Under the pieces are notes generated by a model, which was given only the letters and a program-made list of their open reading frames with translations, was not told the origin of the DNA and ran no database searches. Positions 1-8,884 of a stretch of DNA of 22,205 bases are shown here, piece by piece. Source of the stretch: a virus (taxonomy: Duplodnaviria > Heunggongvirae > Uroviricota > Caudoviricetes). Both the position numbers and the translations under genes were made by a program. The first letter of the stretch is position 1; every line of letters starts with the position of its first letter. The stretch covers positions 1 through 22,205 of the IMG/VR virus record IMGVR_UViG_2671181094_000007; one strand, 5' to 3'.

Positions 1-1236
1 CTACGATAACCGCGCATTCAACATGGCTATCTGTTCGTCGTTCATGTCATCAATCCACATACCGTAAATTTCATACACCATCTGCGCAGTTTCATGCCCC
101 ATTTGGCTGGCTATAAATGCCGGGTTCGCTCCTGCCGTCAACAGCCAGCAGGCAAAAGTATGCCGCGTATGGTACGGATTACGGCGGCGAATACCAGCAC
201 GTTTTACTGCTGCATTCCACCTTGCCCCCAAACTGCTTACCGAGTAATAAGGTTTTTGTTTTCCGTTACACACCCTGGGCATGAAAACAAAATGCAGTTT
301 TTGCTTTTCGGTTCTGCCGTACTCCCGATGATAAAAGGTGATTTCGCTTTTGCGATGATGCCCGGTCAGTTTGTATTGCTCCTTCAGTGCTTCAAGAGCA
401 GGCTGCAGTAGTGTTACTGTTCGGATCCCGGCATTTGTTTTTGGGGGACCGAACATATCAAGTATCGTCAGGTTTCTTCTGACATTCACTATTCCCTTTT
501 CGAGATCCACATCCTCCCACGCCAGAGCTGCCAGTTCCCCGTGACGAAGTCCTGAGTAAACGGCAAATTTCCACAAGTTCTGGCTCTGTCCTTTTTCACT
601 TTCCATTAATGCATTGAATTCTGTTTTAGATAACGGATCAGGCTTTATTCTGTTTCGCTGTAATTTTTTTACTCCTTCAAATGGTTTGGTTGATATAAAT
701 CCCGACTGATACGCAAAACGCAACAGCGAACAGAGCAGGGCGATATAGTTATCAACTGTGCGCACGGTTCTTCCTTTTTTGTTGGATCTTGGATTATCCA
801 GGTAAAGCGTTTCTCCATGCAGCAGTTCATTCCGGTAGTTTAAGATATCGCTATAACGAATATGTGATATCGGGGTACTTTCACAAATTATTATTCTGAG
901 TGTTTTTAATTGTGATTTCGTTTTCTTCATTGTGTTTGTTGTTAACTCTGTCTCTTTAATTTTTGTCCAGATATCACAAAGCTCTCCGAACGTTTTTATG
1001 ACTCTCGTTGTCACCATTTTTGCCCCAGTGCTGGACTGGGGAAAACGTCTTAAATACTCAAATTCACCGGAGTTTATTTCATGAACTATCAGCGCTCTTA
1101 AATTTCCGGCCTTTTTAATATTACTGTTTGTAATCTCCCAGCCTTTTAATGTTTCCCGACATCGTTTTCCTCGAAACATGAACCAGATGCGAATGTTTCT
1201 ACCTCTAATCTCGACACCTGTTGGTAATTTAGACAT
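1..1236 (-). CDS. intR: Tyrosine recombinase / prophage integrase (Rac IntR-like), 411 aa
   Basis: Full-length minus-strand ORF, 411 aa, N-terminus MSKLPTGVEIRGRNIRIWF recalled as Rac IntR; sits at the prophage end with xis immediately upstream. The window starts at its stop codon, so the att site lies outside. Confidence 0.9.
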   Translation of the reverse strand: MSKLPTGVEIRGRNIRIWFMFRGKRCRETLKGWEITNSNIKKAGNLRALIVHEINSGEFEYLRRFPQSSTGAKMVTTRVIKTFGELCDIWTKIKETELTTNTMKKTKSQLKTLRIIICESTPISHIRYSDILNYRNELLHGETLYLDNPRSNKKGRTVRTVDNYIALLCSLLRFAYQSGFISTKPFEGVKKLQRNRIKPDPLSKTEFNALMESEKGQSQNLWKFAVYSGLRHGELAALAWEDVDLEKGIVNVRRNLTILDMFGPPKTNAGIRTVTLLQPALEALKEQYKLTGHHRKSEITFYHREYGRTEKQKLHFVFMPRVCNGKQKPYYSVSSLGARWNAAVKRAGIRRRNPYHTRHTFACWLLTAGANPAFIASQMGHETAQMVYEIYGMWIDDMNDEQIAMLNARLS

Positions 1237-1237
1237 A

Positions 1238-1453
1238 TCATGAGTCTTTGATAAACTGATTTATCTTTGGATAGTTGTACCAGATAATCCCTCGTTTGCT
1301 GTCTGGCTTACCTAAAGGAGATACTCGTTTGAAGTGGAAGCCCTCCACCCAACAGTTCTGGCGGTATGCTTCAATTTGTCTGGCCCCCAGACCAGTGCGA
1401 AGCATCAGGCCGTATTCAACCATCCACTCTTCATTAAAGATTACTTGTGCCAT
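1238..1453 (-). CDS. xisR: Excisionase (XisR/YdaQ-like), 71 aa
   Basis: Internal ATG giving [21 protein letters not shown]..., 71 aa; its stop lies 1 nt upstream of the int start codon, the typical xis-int arrangement. The ORF track's longer 79-aa version is taken as an N-terminal over-extension. Confidence 0.8.
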   Translation of the reverse strand: MAQVIFNEEWMVEYGLMLRTGLGARQIEAYRQNCWVEGFHFKRVSPLGKPDSKRGIIWYNYPKINQFIKDS

Positions 1454-1552
1454 CGCATCACCTCTGGCAGGCGCCAATGTTAGACTGAAATTGACGCCTG
1501 ATGTTGATTATTAATAATCAGCTATGAAGTTTTAATTTGAATACAATGCAAT

Positions 1553-1741
1553 TCACGAGGACTGAAGTTTCTCGCAATTAAAATTTATCAGTTTTACTTT
1601 CTGCTCTCTGGAAACGCCTGCTTCTTTTTTACCTGAGAGCATTTTTTCGCATTCTGATTTCGTTAGTTTAGATTTTGAATATCTTGTCCAGTTAGTAGGA
1701 GTGCCACCTTCCTTTTCAATTGTAGCGGTAATTTTATACAT
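1553..1741 (-). CDS. Small hypothetical protein (YdaC-like position), 62 aa
   Basis: ORF beginning MYKITATIEKEGG with GGAGG 5 nt upstream of the ATG; the start overlaps the last codons of ralR. Lies between xis and ralR, where ydaC sits in Rac; identity by position only. Confidence 0.45.
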   Translation of the reverse strand: MYKITATIEKEGGTPTNWTRYSKSKLTKSECEKMLSGKKEAGVSREQKVKLINFNCEKLQSS

Positions 1742-1940
1742 GAACGCCTCCATTAATATTTTCAGTGGTTCGTTTATTCCATCTTTCGAGCGCTTCTTTT
1801 TCACTTCCACCATAGCCAGTTCGGGATTCGCATCCGTTGCATTTTGCCCGGTAATATCCTGAAATGTCTTTCACCGTTACTGATGGACAACCACAAAACG
1901 GACATGGTTTAACATCGTCATATCTCAAAGTTTTTGTCAT
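1734..1940 (-). CDS. ralR: Restriction alleviation protein RalR/Lar family, 68 aa
   Basis: MTKTLRYDDVKPCPFCGCPSVTVKDISGYYRAKCNGCESRTGYGGSEKEALERWNKR with a four-Cys zinc-ribbon-like pattern; position between recT and xis as in Rac. Confidence 0.8.
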   Translation of the reverse strand: MTKTLRYDDVKPCPFCGCPSVTVKDISGYYRAKCNGCESRTGYGGSEKEALERWNKRTTENINGGVHV

Positions 1941-1984
1941 AAAAACTATCTCACGTTGGCGGTGCATTACACCGCCAGGCTGGA

Positions 1985-2818
1985 TTATTCTTCTGGATTA
2001 TCGATTACACTGTATTCCCCGGCTATAACCGATATGTCGTCTGGATTAATTGTTTCCACCTCTTTTCCATCCATCGATACTGCACGCTGGATTTCAATAG
2101 ATACCGGCAGATACTTGAACAGTTTTCGTATCACTGTCTTTTTGGCCATGTCTTCAAAGTGTTCATCCCAGATGGACGACGCCCCTTTTGACGCTGCGTT
2201 TTTTGCCGCCTTGCTGTGTGTGTCGCGAACTTTTTCTACTTGTTTGCGGGTCATGACTTCAAACTGCACTCCTCCGTCTTTCAGTTTTGCAACAGCATAG
2301 ACATGGGTTATAGGGGCATCTTCGTTTTCACCGGGACGATGAACCAGTTTTTCATCAAGGCCAAGTTCATAGCTGAATTCATCACATTCACGGACAACAC
2401 GAGCTGACAGACTGATGATTTGACCTGATCGACGGGCAAGGTCGATCATGCCGCGATAACCGATGATCAGCTGTACGTTCTTCTTACCGTTTTTTGCTTT
2501 TCCGTTGCCGAACGGTAGCAGATATGCATGACCGAGGGCGCTACCTGGCTCAAGTCCGAGCTGTGAACACTGTACGATGGCACCGATAAAACTCGTCGAG
2601 TCACAGTTTCTTAGTTCCGGTACTTTACGGATTTCTGTTGTAGCAATGCGGATCATGCGTTCCGCTGTCATGTGACGTGGCAGAGCTGCTGCCAGTTGCG
2701 CTTTCATTGCCGGGCTGTTAATCACGCACAGCACATCCTTATCGTTAACTGCTGCTGGTGCACGGTTTCCCTGAGTTTTTTGCAGATCGGCTTTTGCGAT
2801 AGGTGGTTGCTTAGTCAT
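1985..2818 (-). CDS. recT: RecT single-strand annealing recombinase
   Basis: Sequence [13 protein letters not shown]...[11 protein letters not shown] recalled as RecT; its start ATG (2816-2818) overlaps the recE 3' end, consistent with translational coupling. The track ORF extends to 2875 but MTKQ is the conserved start. Confidence 0.9.
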   Translation of the reverse strand: MTKQPPIAKADLQKTQGNRAPAAVNDKDVLCVINSPAMKAQLAAALPRHMTAERMIRIATTEIRKVPELRNCDSTSFIGAIVQCSQLGLEPGSALGHAYLLPFGNGKAKNGKKNVQLIIGYRGMIDLARRSGQIISLSARVVRECDEFSYELGLDEKLVHRPGENEDAPITHVYAVAKLKDGGVQFEVMTRKQVEKVRDTHSKAAKNAASKGASSIWDEHFEDMAKKTVIRKLFKYLPVSIEIQRAVSMDGKEVETINPDDISVIAGEYSVIDNPEE

Positions 2819-5411
2819 TTGCATACTCCTTAGCCCAGCGGGGCAGTGATAACGTCTTAATAGCTGGCCATTCATCGGTATTTAGGCAGTCAGCCAGGGT
2901 CCGCAGATTGCGGTGATATTCCTGCTGGCCTGCCAGTTTTGCTTCTTCGCCCATCATGAAAATCTCAACCGGATAACGTCCGCATTCAACAGTTGTGCTG
3001 GCAACCAGAAAAACGAAAGTTGGCTGCACACCAAACTGTGCTTCATAACCGTCACTGTAGAATGCATCCTGAACGTGATAGCGGTAGTCGTAATAAGACG
3101 TTTTGAATCGTTGAATATCCGCTGTGGTTTTCACGTCCATGATCCAGTGAAATTCAGGAATAATTTTGTCCGGACGGCACCGACACAAAATTCCTGTTTC
3201 CGGATCTTCCCAGTAAATTGATGATTCAGCGTGTCCGGCGCTTTCAACAAGCCATTGCCCCAGCGGCAAAGCCATAACGCTTTGATACATGAGTTCAATT
3301 TTCCGGCCTTCTTCCGCAGTGATAACCGTTTTTCCTGTGCTTGCGCATTCCATCAGAAACGCTTTCTCTTCTTCTTTTCCGGCGTTTGTACGGCGGTTAA
3401 ATTCAGGTGCTACGATAAAGCGGTTACTAAATTCTTCCGGTTCAAGTACCCGGCAGTGGAAAGCGGTTCCTAAATCGAGCGTTTTTGTCTTTGTAGTGTC
3501 CACGGGGGCATTTTTACGCCACAAATACAGTGCCGGAGTATCAGCAATGTCATCGAGCTGAGACTTACTGACACCGGGACCCGCGTGGTAATTCTCATTC
3601 GAAATTCCGTAATAAATACCGGGCTCTATGTCTTCTACGATTACGGGATCTGCGACTTCGCCAGTTTCATCACTGCAATCGCGATGCGGATCGCTGCCAG
3701 CATTCTCATTGTGCGGATGTTCAGCGCCTTCCATTTCCTCCGGATCTTTTTCCTTAGCTTCAACCTGATTCTCTTCACCGAATGTTTCCTGGTATGTTGC
3801 GTCGCCCATCACCGCACCACAGTCAGGGCAGTTATCCCCGCCAGTCTGACCGCAGGCATTGCAGACTATTTCCTGTTCCTGTTGCACTACTGGCTCAGGT
3901 TGTTTCGCATCCGGGCTGATTATTTCCGTTTCTGGCTGGTTCTGGTACACAGAATCGCGAGTCTGGATCCCCTTTACCCATTTCGGATCGTTCGGGTCGC
4001 TAATTCCGTCAACAAATTCACCACGTGATGCAGCAAGCAATTTATCGGCATCGACAGGATCTTTTGATGGAATGTTTTTTCGGGCTTCATGGAGTTCTGC
4101 CCGCAGTTCCTGATATTTCGCATCAACAGAATTTACCTGTGACTGAGCATCCAGCGGCTGCGTGTCCTGATGATGTTCAGTTGCGTCCGGTTCCATTGTT
4201 TCAGCCTCTCCCTGTTCAACTGCCGTTGTTCCAGATGGTTGCGGTTTTTCTTCATCATCCTGTTTTCCTTCTTCTGTTACTCGCTGCGGCATCGGGGCAG
4301 AGGAGCGACCGCAGGCAATATCCACGATTTCCGGATCAGGGTTGGCATGATCGGTTTCAGTCAGTACTTTGTTCAGATATTCAGTGACGTGCGCGGGGAT
4401 GACCTCGATCCCAATTGGTGCTTCTTTTACGGACGCAACCACGATGGCGCGGGAATAATCCAGCCCGCCAGGCATGGTGATGAATTTGTCGCGGAAAACA
4501 GAAAAGGGCGGTTTATTTTCAGCGATAATTTCCTCAATGCGTTTAGCGTGTGCCGGATGAAGGTTATAGATGTCCAGATCCATTGAACGGGCCAGTACGC
4601 CAGTGGCTACGTCGCGCGCCAGTGACGTCAGATCGTGTACGAAACCTTCGCCGCGATCGGTGAGGTTTCCGCCGCCAGCATTAGCACCGGAAGCCGTGCG
4701 AGTGATGTGTGAAACACGATTACCCTTCATCCACTCTTTTGTCAGCAGTCCTCGATCGGTGTAGTCAGCGTTCAGGTATGCTTCGAAAAAAGCAGTTATC
4801 AGTCCCAGGTTTGAATTACCAGGATTAGGGAAAACTTTGTCAGTGTCACGAACCAGTTTGTGGAGTTCGCGAATTTCCAGCGGGTCGAGCAGGCTGGTTT
4901 TGTGGGAAACAGCCAGGGCAGTAACAGCCGGTAGTTCTTCAGCCCGAGCAATGTGTAATGCCTGGAGTCCGTCGCGTGAAACGTGCGTTACCGGTTTTTC
5001 GCTGCCGTGTTGAGCAAGCCAACGAATGGGCAGTTCCTGGCCAGAAATTGGGAGTAGCATATTCTCCTCAATCTCAGTCATGTCTTCGCCGTTGACGTTG
5101 GTATTGCCTTGATAGTGAGCGTTGTCTGGTGCTGCTCCCGGTTTTAGTTCCCATGTCATGGAGTCTTTGCTGAGTTGATAGCGTTCACTCCAGGTAAAAT
5201 CGATCTCACCTTCAGCGGGCAGGTCATTAACGACAGGAAAATTCGTGGCAACAGCTTTAAAATAGCTGCTCAGTTTTTTACCTGACTTAACGATCAGGTA
5301 GTCCAGAGTGGCACAGGTCGATTCAAAATCGTTGCTTGCCCACAGGACGACGTCAGGTTCACCGGATGATTTTTTCGCTTTCCGTAACAGGAAGAGTGGT
5401 TTTGTGCTCAT
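2811..5411 (-). CDS. recE: Exodeoxyribonuclease VIII (RecE), 866 aa
   Basis: 866-aa minus-strand [27 protein letters not shown]... with an acidic low-complexity linker and C-terminal nuclease region; directly upstream of recT as in the Rac recET operon. Confidence 0.9.
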   Translation of the reverse strand: MSTKPLFLLRKAKKSSGEPDVVLWASNDFESTCATLDYLIVKSGKKLSSYFKAVATNFPVVNDLPAEGEIDFTWSERYQLSKDSMTWELKPGAAPDNAHYQGNTNVNGEDMTEIEENMLLPISGQELPIRWLAQHGSEKPVTHVSRDGLQALHIARAEELPAVTALAVSHKTSLLDPLEIRELHKLVRDTDKVFPNPGNSNLGLITAFFEAYLNADYTDRGLLTKEWMKGNRVSHITRTASGANAGGGNLTDRGEGFVHDLTSLARDVATGVLARSMDLDIYNLHPAHAKRIEEIIAENKPPFSVFRDKFITMPGGLDYSRAIVVASVKEAPIGIEVIPAHVTEYLNKVLTETDHANPDPEIVDIACGRSSAPMPQRVTEEGKQDDEEKPQPSGTTAVEQGEAETMEPDATEHHQDTQPLDAQSQVNSVDAKYQELRAELHEARKNIPSKDPVDADKLLAASRGEFVDGISDPNDPKWVKGIQTRDSVYQNQPETEIISPDAKQPEPVVQQEQEIVCNACGQTGGDNCPDCGAVMGDATYQETFGEENQVEAKEKDPEEMEGAEHPHNENAGSDPHRDCSDETGEVADPVIVEDIEPGIYYGISNENYHAGPGVSKSQLDDIADTPALYLWRKNAPVDTTKTKTLDLGTAFHCRVLEPEEFSNRFIVAPEFNRRTNAGKEEEKAFLMECASTGKTVITAEEGRKIELMYQSVMALPLGQWLVESAGHAESSIYWEDPETGILCRCRPDKIIPEFHWIMDVKTTADIQRFKTSYYDYRYHVQDAFYSDGYEAQFGVQPTFVFLVASTTVECGRYPVEIFMMGEEAKLAGQQEYHRNLRTLADCLNTDEWPAIKTLSLPRWAKEYAND

Positions 5412-5512
5412 TGTTTTTTAACCTCAACTCAGATTAAAATTCGTTTTGTTCAGTGAATGATCTTGCCGGATACACACTGTTCATAGCCTGCGCCATACGC
5501 AGGCTATTTCTT

Positions 5513-5788
5513 TCAGATTTCACCTTTTAATTTCATTGCAATTAGAGTTGCCAGAAATTCGGCTTTTTTTTCTGCGGGCAGATTCTTTCCGATATGCACC
5601 AGGCACATTTTTTTGACACCTTCATCAAGTGTTTTTACGTTGCCTGATGGACCATCGATATCAACCACAGTGAATGGGGTTTCTTTATTTTCTGTTTTAA
5701 TTACGTAGCCAATGCGCTTTCCTTCCAGATTCACCTCGTGAACAATGTCATCGGTAGTTACAACAGTGGCTTCATAATTGGTAATCAT
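5513..5788 (-). CDS. racC: RacC protein, 91 aa
   Basis: Internal start MITNYEATVVTTDDIVHEVNLEGKRIGYVIK... (91 aa) recalled as Rac RacC; located between ydaE and recE. Confidence 0.8.
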   Translation of the reverse strand: MITNYEATVVTTDDIVHEVNLEGKRIGYVIKTENKETPFTVVDIDGPSGNVKTLDEGVKKMCLVHIGKNLPAEKKAEFLATLIAMKLKGEI

Positions 5789-5862
5789 GTTTTTCTCCTT
5801 AATTAAGGTTGAGCGAATACCTGCCATTTCTGGCATAAATTCAGTTTCGAATAGTCAATTAA

Positions 5863-6033
5863 TTAAAGTTCATGTGCCATCTGGTCTTTTTCGGCACAAG
5901 CTTCACTGCAATATTTTCTCGGTTCGTCTTTTGATAAAATCCCGTGCATGAAGTGAAGCATTCTTTCAATAGCTTTGCTTTCTTCAACGTCTTTTTTGCA
6001 AAGGTGGTAAGCACATTTTATTTTCTTAGTCAT
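5863..6033 (-). CDS. ydaE: Small Cys-rich protein YdaE-like, 56 aa (absent from the ORF track because shorter than 60 aa)
   Basis: Hand translation of the minus strand from the ATG at 6031-6033 gives [56 protein letters not shown] then stop; its ATG overlaps the kilR stop codon (ATGA). Confidence 0.7.
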   Translation of the reverse strand: MTKKIKCAYHLCKKDVEESKAIERMLHFMHGILSKDEPRKYCSEACAEKDQMAHEL

Positions 6034-6254
6034 CACCATGACTCCGCCTTTACAGGTAAACCATCACGACCGAGGAAGACTTTAATCATGCGGTCAGTAA
6101 TGCATGTTTTTGTGGTCAGGTTACGAATATATAGTTTTCGCTTTTTAATATTGTTTGCCGAGGCAATATATGTCCGGCCTTCATGAAGAACATAATCGCC
6201 AGGAGTCACACACTGACGTGGTATTTCATCAGTTCCGAAGTGATGTGCAATCAT
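6033..6254 (-). CDS. kilR: Killing protein KilR (FtsZ inhibitor family), 73 aa
   Basis: [73 protein letters not shown], recalled as Rac KilR; start chosen at the internal Met. Confidence 0.85.
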   Translation of the reverse strand: MIAHHFGTDEIPRQCVTPGDYVLHEGRTYIASANNIKKRKLYIRNLTTKTCITDRMIKVFLGRDGLPVKAESW

Positions 6255-6695
6255 AATTATCTCCATTTTTACAAATGAACTTTGTTGATGCGGTGCCTGG
6301 TGCCTCCAGGTGACTGCAACCAGTTAACAATTACAGTCGGCTTTCCCACCCAAACCAATAAGGACTAACATGACTTTTAACTGTGCCACGTGCGCTTAGC
6401 CGCATTCACCGCATCACAAAATTCACTTTAAAAAGGGCGGACATCAGCCGAACTTCAAGAAAAAAACTGATGCCGCCAGGACTACACACAGCAATGTCGT
6501 TATTTACAACCGGAGGCGCACTCCCACCATTTAAATTTAACAGACAAGACCGACTCTTTATGGATATCGGAAATGCGCCTTCGTGTTGTGCCCGGTTTTA
6601 TTTCACCACCTCCGGGCTTCGGTGGTCTCGGCTATACCCCTACAGCGAGAGCTTGTGTTAACATTTCAATACCCTTACAGTTGAGAGTTATTGAT

Positions 6696-7184
6696 ATGTT
6701 GGATGTATTTACTCCATTGTTGAAACTTTTTGCTAACGAGCCACTCGAAAGACTTATGTATACGATTATCATTTTTGGTCTCACTCTCTGGCTGATACCG
6801 AAAGAGTTTACTGTCGCATTCAATGCTTATACTGAAATACCTTGGCTCTTTCAGATTATCGTTTTTGCCTTTTCTTTCGTGGTCGCCATTTCCTTCTCAA
6901 GATTGCGAGCACATATTCAAAAGCATTATTCATTACTACCAGAGCAACGAGTATTGCTTCGTTTATCTGAGAAAGAAATCGCTGTATTTAAAGATTTCCT
7001 TAAAACAGGAAATCTTATTATCACTTCTCCTTGCCGTAACCCGGTTATGAAAAAATTAGAACGGAAGGGCATCATTCAACATCAGAGTGATAGCGCAAAC
7101 TGTTCTTATTATCTCGTCACCGAAAAATACTCCCATTTTATGAAGTTATTCTGGAACAGCAGGAGTAGACGTTTTAATCGTTAG
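6696..7184 (+). CDS. sieB: Superinfection exclusion protein B (SieB), 162 aa membrane protein
   Basis: MLDVFTPLLKLFANEPLERLMYTIIIFGLTLWLIPKEF... with hydrophobic N-terminal helices; the only plus-strand gene inside the leftward operon, as in Rac. The track ORF begins 41 codons upstream in what looks like leader sequence. Confidence 0.8.
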   Translation: MLDVFTPLLKLFANEPLERLMYTIIIFGLTLWLIPKEFTVAFNAYTEIPWLFQIIVFAFSFVVAISFSRLRAHIQKHYSLLPEQRVLLRLSEKEIAVFKDFLKTGNLIITSPCRNPVMKKLERKGIIQHQSDSANCSYYLVTEKYSHFMKLFWNSRSRRFNR

Positions 7185-7336
7185 CTTACTGTGTGCTTCT
7201 CCAACCATCGGCGCGCACCATTTTCGGTTTTAAACGTTTTGCTTTTTGTATACGTCATTGCGGTGAAGGTGCCGTCCTGGTTTGGAAACACGCCGTACAC
7301 CAGAGATTCGTTGTTGCCAAGATCGATAGTATCCAT
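7181..7336 (-). CDS. ydaF: Small protein YdaF-like, 51 aa
   Basis: MDTIDLGNNESLVYGVFPNQDGTFTAMTYTKSKTFKTENGARRWLEKHTVS; convergent with sieB, and the two stop codons overlap. Confidence 0.6.
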   Translation of the reverse strand: MDTIDLGNNESLVYGVFPNQDGTFTAMTYTKSKTFKTENGARRWLEKHTVS

Positions 7337-7394
7337 GCTGACCTCATTTCCCCTTAACGCCGGGGTAGCGGAACAAAAACCTGCTGCATAGTTA

Positions 7395-7535
7395 TTAAAG
7401 TTGAACCCCGCCGTCATGTTCATACGCCTCGGGCTGGCTACTTAACCCCTGACCACTGCCTGGTAACTCGAAGTATTGCCCGGCGTTCTGTGGGGCGGGG
7501 TGGGTTGGTAGGTATATAATGTACTTTGCGTTCAT
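7395..7535 (-). CDS. ydaG: Small protein YdaG-like, about 46 aa
   Basis: MNAKYIIYLPTHPAPQNAGQYFELPGSGQGLSSQPEAYEHDGGVQL; first gene of the leftward operon. Start ambiguous between two adjacent ATGs and an upstream ATG lying inside the ATGTACT palindrome. Confidence 0.45.
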   Translation of the reverse strand: MNAKYIIYLPTHPAPQNAGQYFELPGSGQGLSSQPEAYEHDGGVQL

Positions 7536-7634
7536 CATTGTAAAGTACTTTAAGTACATTTTATGTATAAAAAAATGAGACGGGATAAAGTGAAGCACAA
7601 ACCCGGAGGGGGACGCTACCGGATTTATGCTGGT

Positions 7635-8054
7635 TTAAGAGGCTTTTTGTTTTTTCTTTCGTGCTAACTCTTCGTAAATTGCATTGTACTTCTGTTTTTT
7701 CTCCTCAAGAGTTTTTAAAAGTTCATCTGTCTCACTGTCAGGGAGCTCGTCCAGAAGGTCAATGATGATTTTTTGTCTTGGATTTAACTCCTGATAGAAA
7801 CGTATCTGTCCACTTTCTTCTGTATCCTCTCCCAAAAGATAGGTTGGTGTTGTTCCAATGAGTGTTGCTAATTCCCTTAATTTCTCTCGGCGAGGAATTG
7901 TTTCACCATTAAACCATTTGCTAACCGCTTTTGGTGTTAATTTCATTCGACGGGCAATTTCTGCCTGTCTTCCATGTTGTTCATAACCAGCGTTTTCACA
8001 GGCTAGCGCAAGCCTACTGGCGAACTCTTTACGCGCTTTATCTTCATGAACCAT
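7635..8054 (-). CDS. racR: Prophage repressor, XRE-family helix-turn-helix (RacR-like), 139 aa
   Basis: HTH segment QAEIARRMKLTPKAVSKWFNGETIP; divergent from the cro-like ydaS. No recognisable SD before the ATG, so the mRNA may be leaderless or short-leadered, as lambda cI is from pRM. Confidence 0.75.
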   Translation of the reverse strand: MVHEDKARKEFASRLALACENAGYEQHGRQAEIARRMKLTPKAVSKWFNGETIPRREKLRELATLIGTTPTYLLGEDTEESGQIRFYQELNPRQKIIIDLLDELPDSETDELLKTLEEKKQKYNAIYEELARKKKQKAS

Positions 8055-8078
8055 AAGTTCAATGATATTCGCTCTTGA

Positions 8079-8109
8079 ATGTACTGTCAGTTCTGTTATA
8101 GCATGTACT
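8079..8109. promoter_or_regulatory. Candidate operator pair in the racR-ydaS divergent intergenic region (two ATGTACT motifs 24 bp apart)
   Basis: ATGTACT at 8079-8085 and 8103-8109 inside the 79-bp divergent promoter region; the same motif recurs on the other side of racR at 7519-7525 and 7553-7559. Confidence 0.4.
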
Positions 8110-8133
8110 CAAAGTTCACATTGTGAGGATGAT

Positions 8134-8388
8134 ATGAACCAGAAAACACTTGAAGATGTAATCAAAACTGTTCGCGTTTCTGTTGTGGCCGACGTTTGTG
8201 GTGTCAGCCAAAGAGCAATCTACAAATGGATGGATAACGGAAAATTGCCTCGCACAGAATATACCGGCGAAACAAATTACGCTGAAAAAATCGCTCATGC
8301 ATCAAACGGATTATTTTCTGCCGATGCAATTTTAACTATTGGCAGAAATAAAACTACTACGAAAAAGCTGATGGGAGTTGATTCATGA
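8134..8388 (+). CDS. ydaS: Cro/CI-type HTH regulator (YdaS-like), 84 aa
   Basis: MNQKTLEDVIKTVRVSVVADVCGVSQRAIYKWMDNGKLPRTEY...; GAGGA SD before the ATG at 8134; divergent from racR; stop overlaps the ydaT start (ATGA). Confidence 0.75.
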   Translation: MNQKTLEDVIKTVRVSVVADVCGVSQRAIYKWMDNGKLPRTEYTGETNYAEKIAHASNGLFSADAILTIGRNKTTTKKLMGVDS

Positions 8389-8807
8389 AAATCAAGCATG
8401 AGCACATCGAATCAGTGTTGTTAGCCCTGGCAGCCGAAAAAGGGCAGGCGTGGGTCGCTAACGCAATTACTGAAGAATATCTGCGCCAGGGGGGCGGCGA
8501 ATTGCCCCTGGTACCAGGCAAGGACTGGAACAATCAGCAGAATATCTATCATCGTTGGTTGAAAGGTGAAACGAATGCGCAAAGGGAAAAAATTCAGAAA
8601 CTGATCCCTGCGGTTCTGGCAATTCTTCCTCGCGAGCTGCGTCACCGACTCTGCATCTTCGATACCCTGGAACGCCGTGCATTACTGGCGGCACAGGATG
8701 CACTGAGTACGGCAATTGATGCGCATGATGATGCAGTCCAGGCCGTTTACCGTAAAGCACATTTCAGCGGCGGCGGTTCTCCTAGCGATTCTGTCGTAGT
8801 GCATTGA
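8385..8807 (+). CDS. ydaT: YdaT-like protein, 140 aa (toxic/CII-position protein of Rac)
   Basis: 140-aa ORF MKIKHEHIESVLLALAAEKGQAWVANAITEEYLRQGGGELP..., translationally coupled to ydaS. Confidence 0.8.
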   Translation: MKIKHEHIESVLLALAAEKGQAWVANAITEEYLRQGGGELPLVPGKDWNNQQNIYHRWLKGETNAQREKIQKLIPAVLAILPRELRHRLCIFDTLERRALLAAQDALSTAIDAHDDAVQAVYRKAHFSGGGSPSDSVVVH

Positions 8808-8884
8808 TTGAAATTAATCGTACCGAACTGTTTTGTTCGGTATCAGTTAAATGTAACGCTGCGAGCGTTACAAGGTGAAAACAA

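Noticed and set aside
1-60. Phage attachment site adjacent to the integrase
   Set aside because: The window begins at the integrase stop codon, so the att core and host junction lie outside and cannot be called.
94-411. Plus-strand 105-aa ORF inside the integrase gene
   Set aside because: Entirely antisense to a confidently identified integrase; Cys/Arg-rich translation typical of an out-of-frame artefact.
2913-4764. Series of plus-strand ORFs (60-147 aa) across the recE region
   Set aside because: All lie antisense within the 866-aa recE ORF; translations are low-complexity and lack ribosome-binding sites.
6573-6695. 41-codon N-terminal extension of sieB in the track ORF
   Set aside because: The conserved SieB start MLDVF is the internal ATG at 6696; the upstream part lies in a structured leader and reads non-protein-like.
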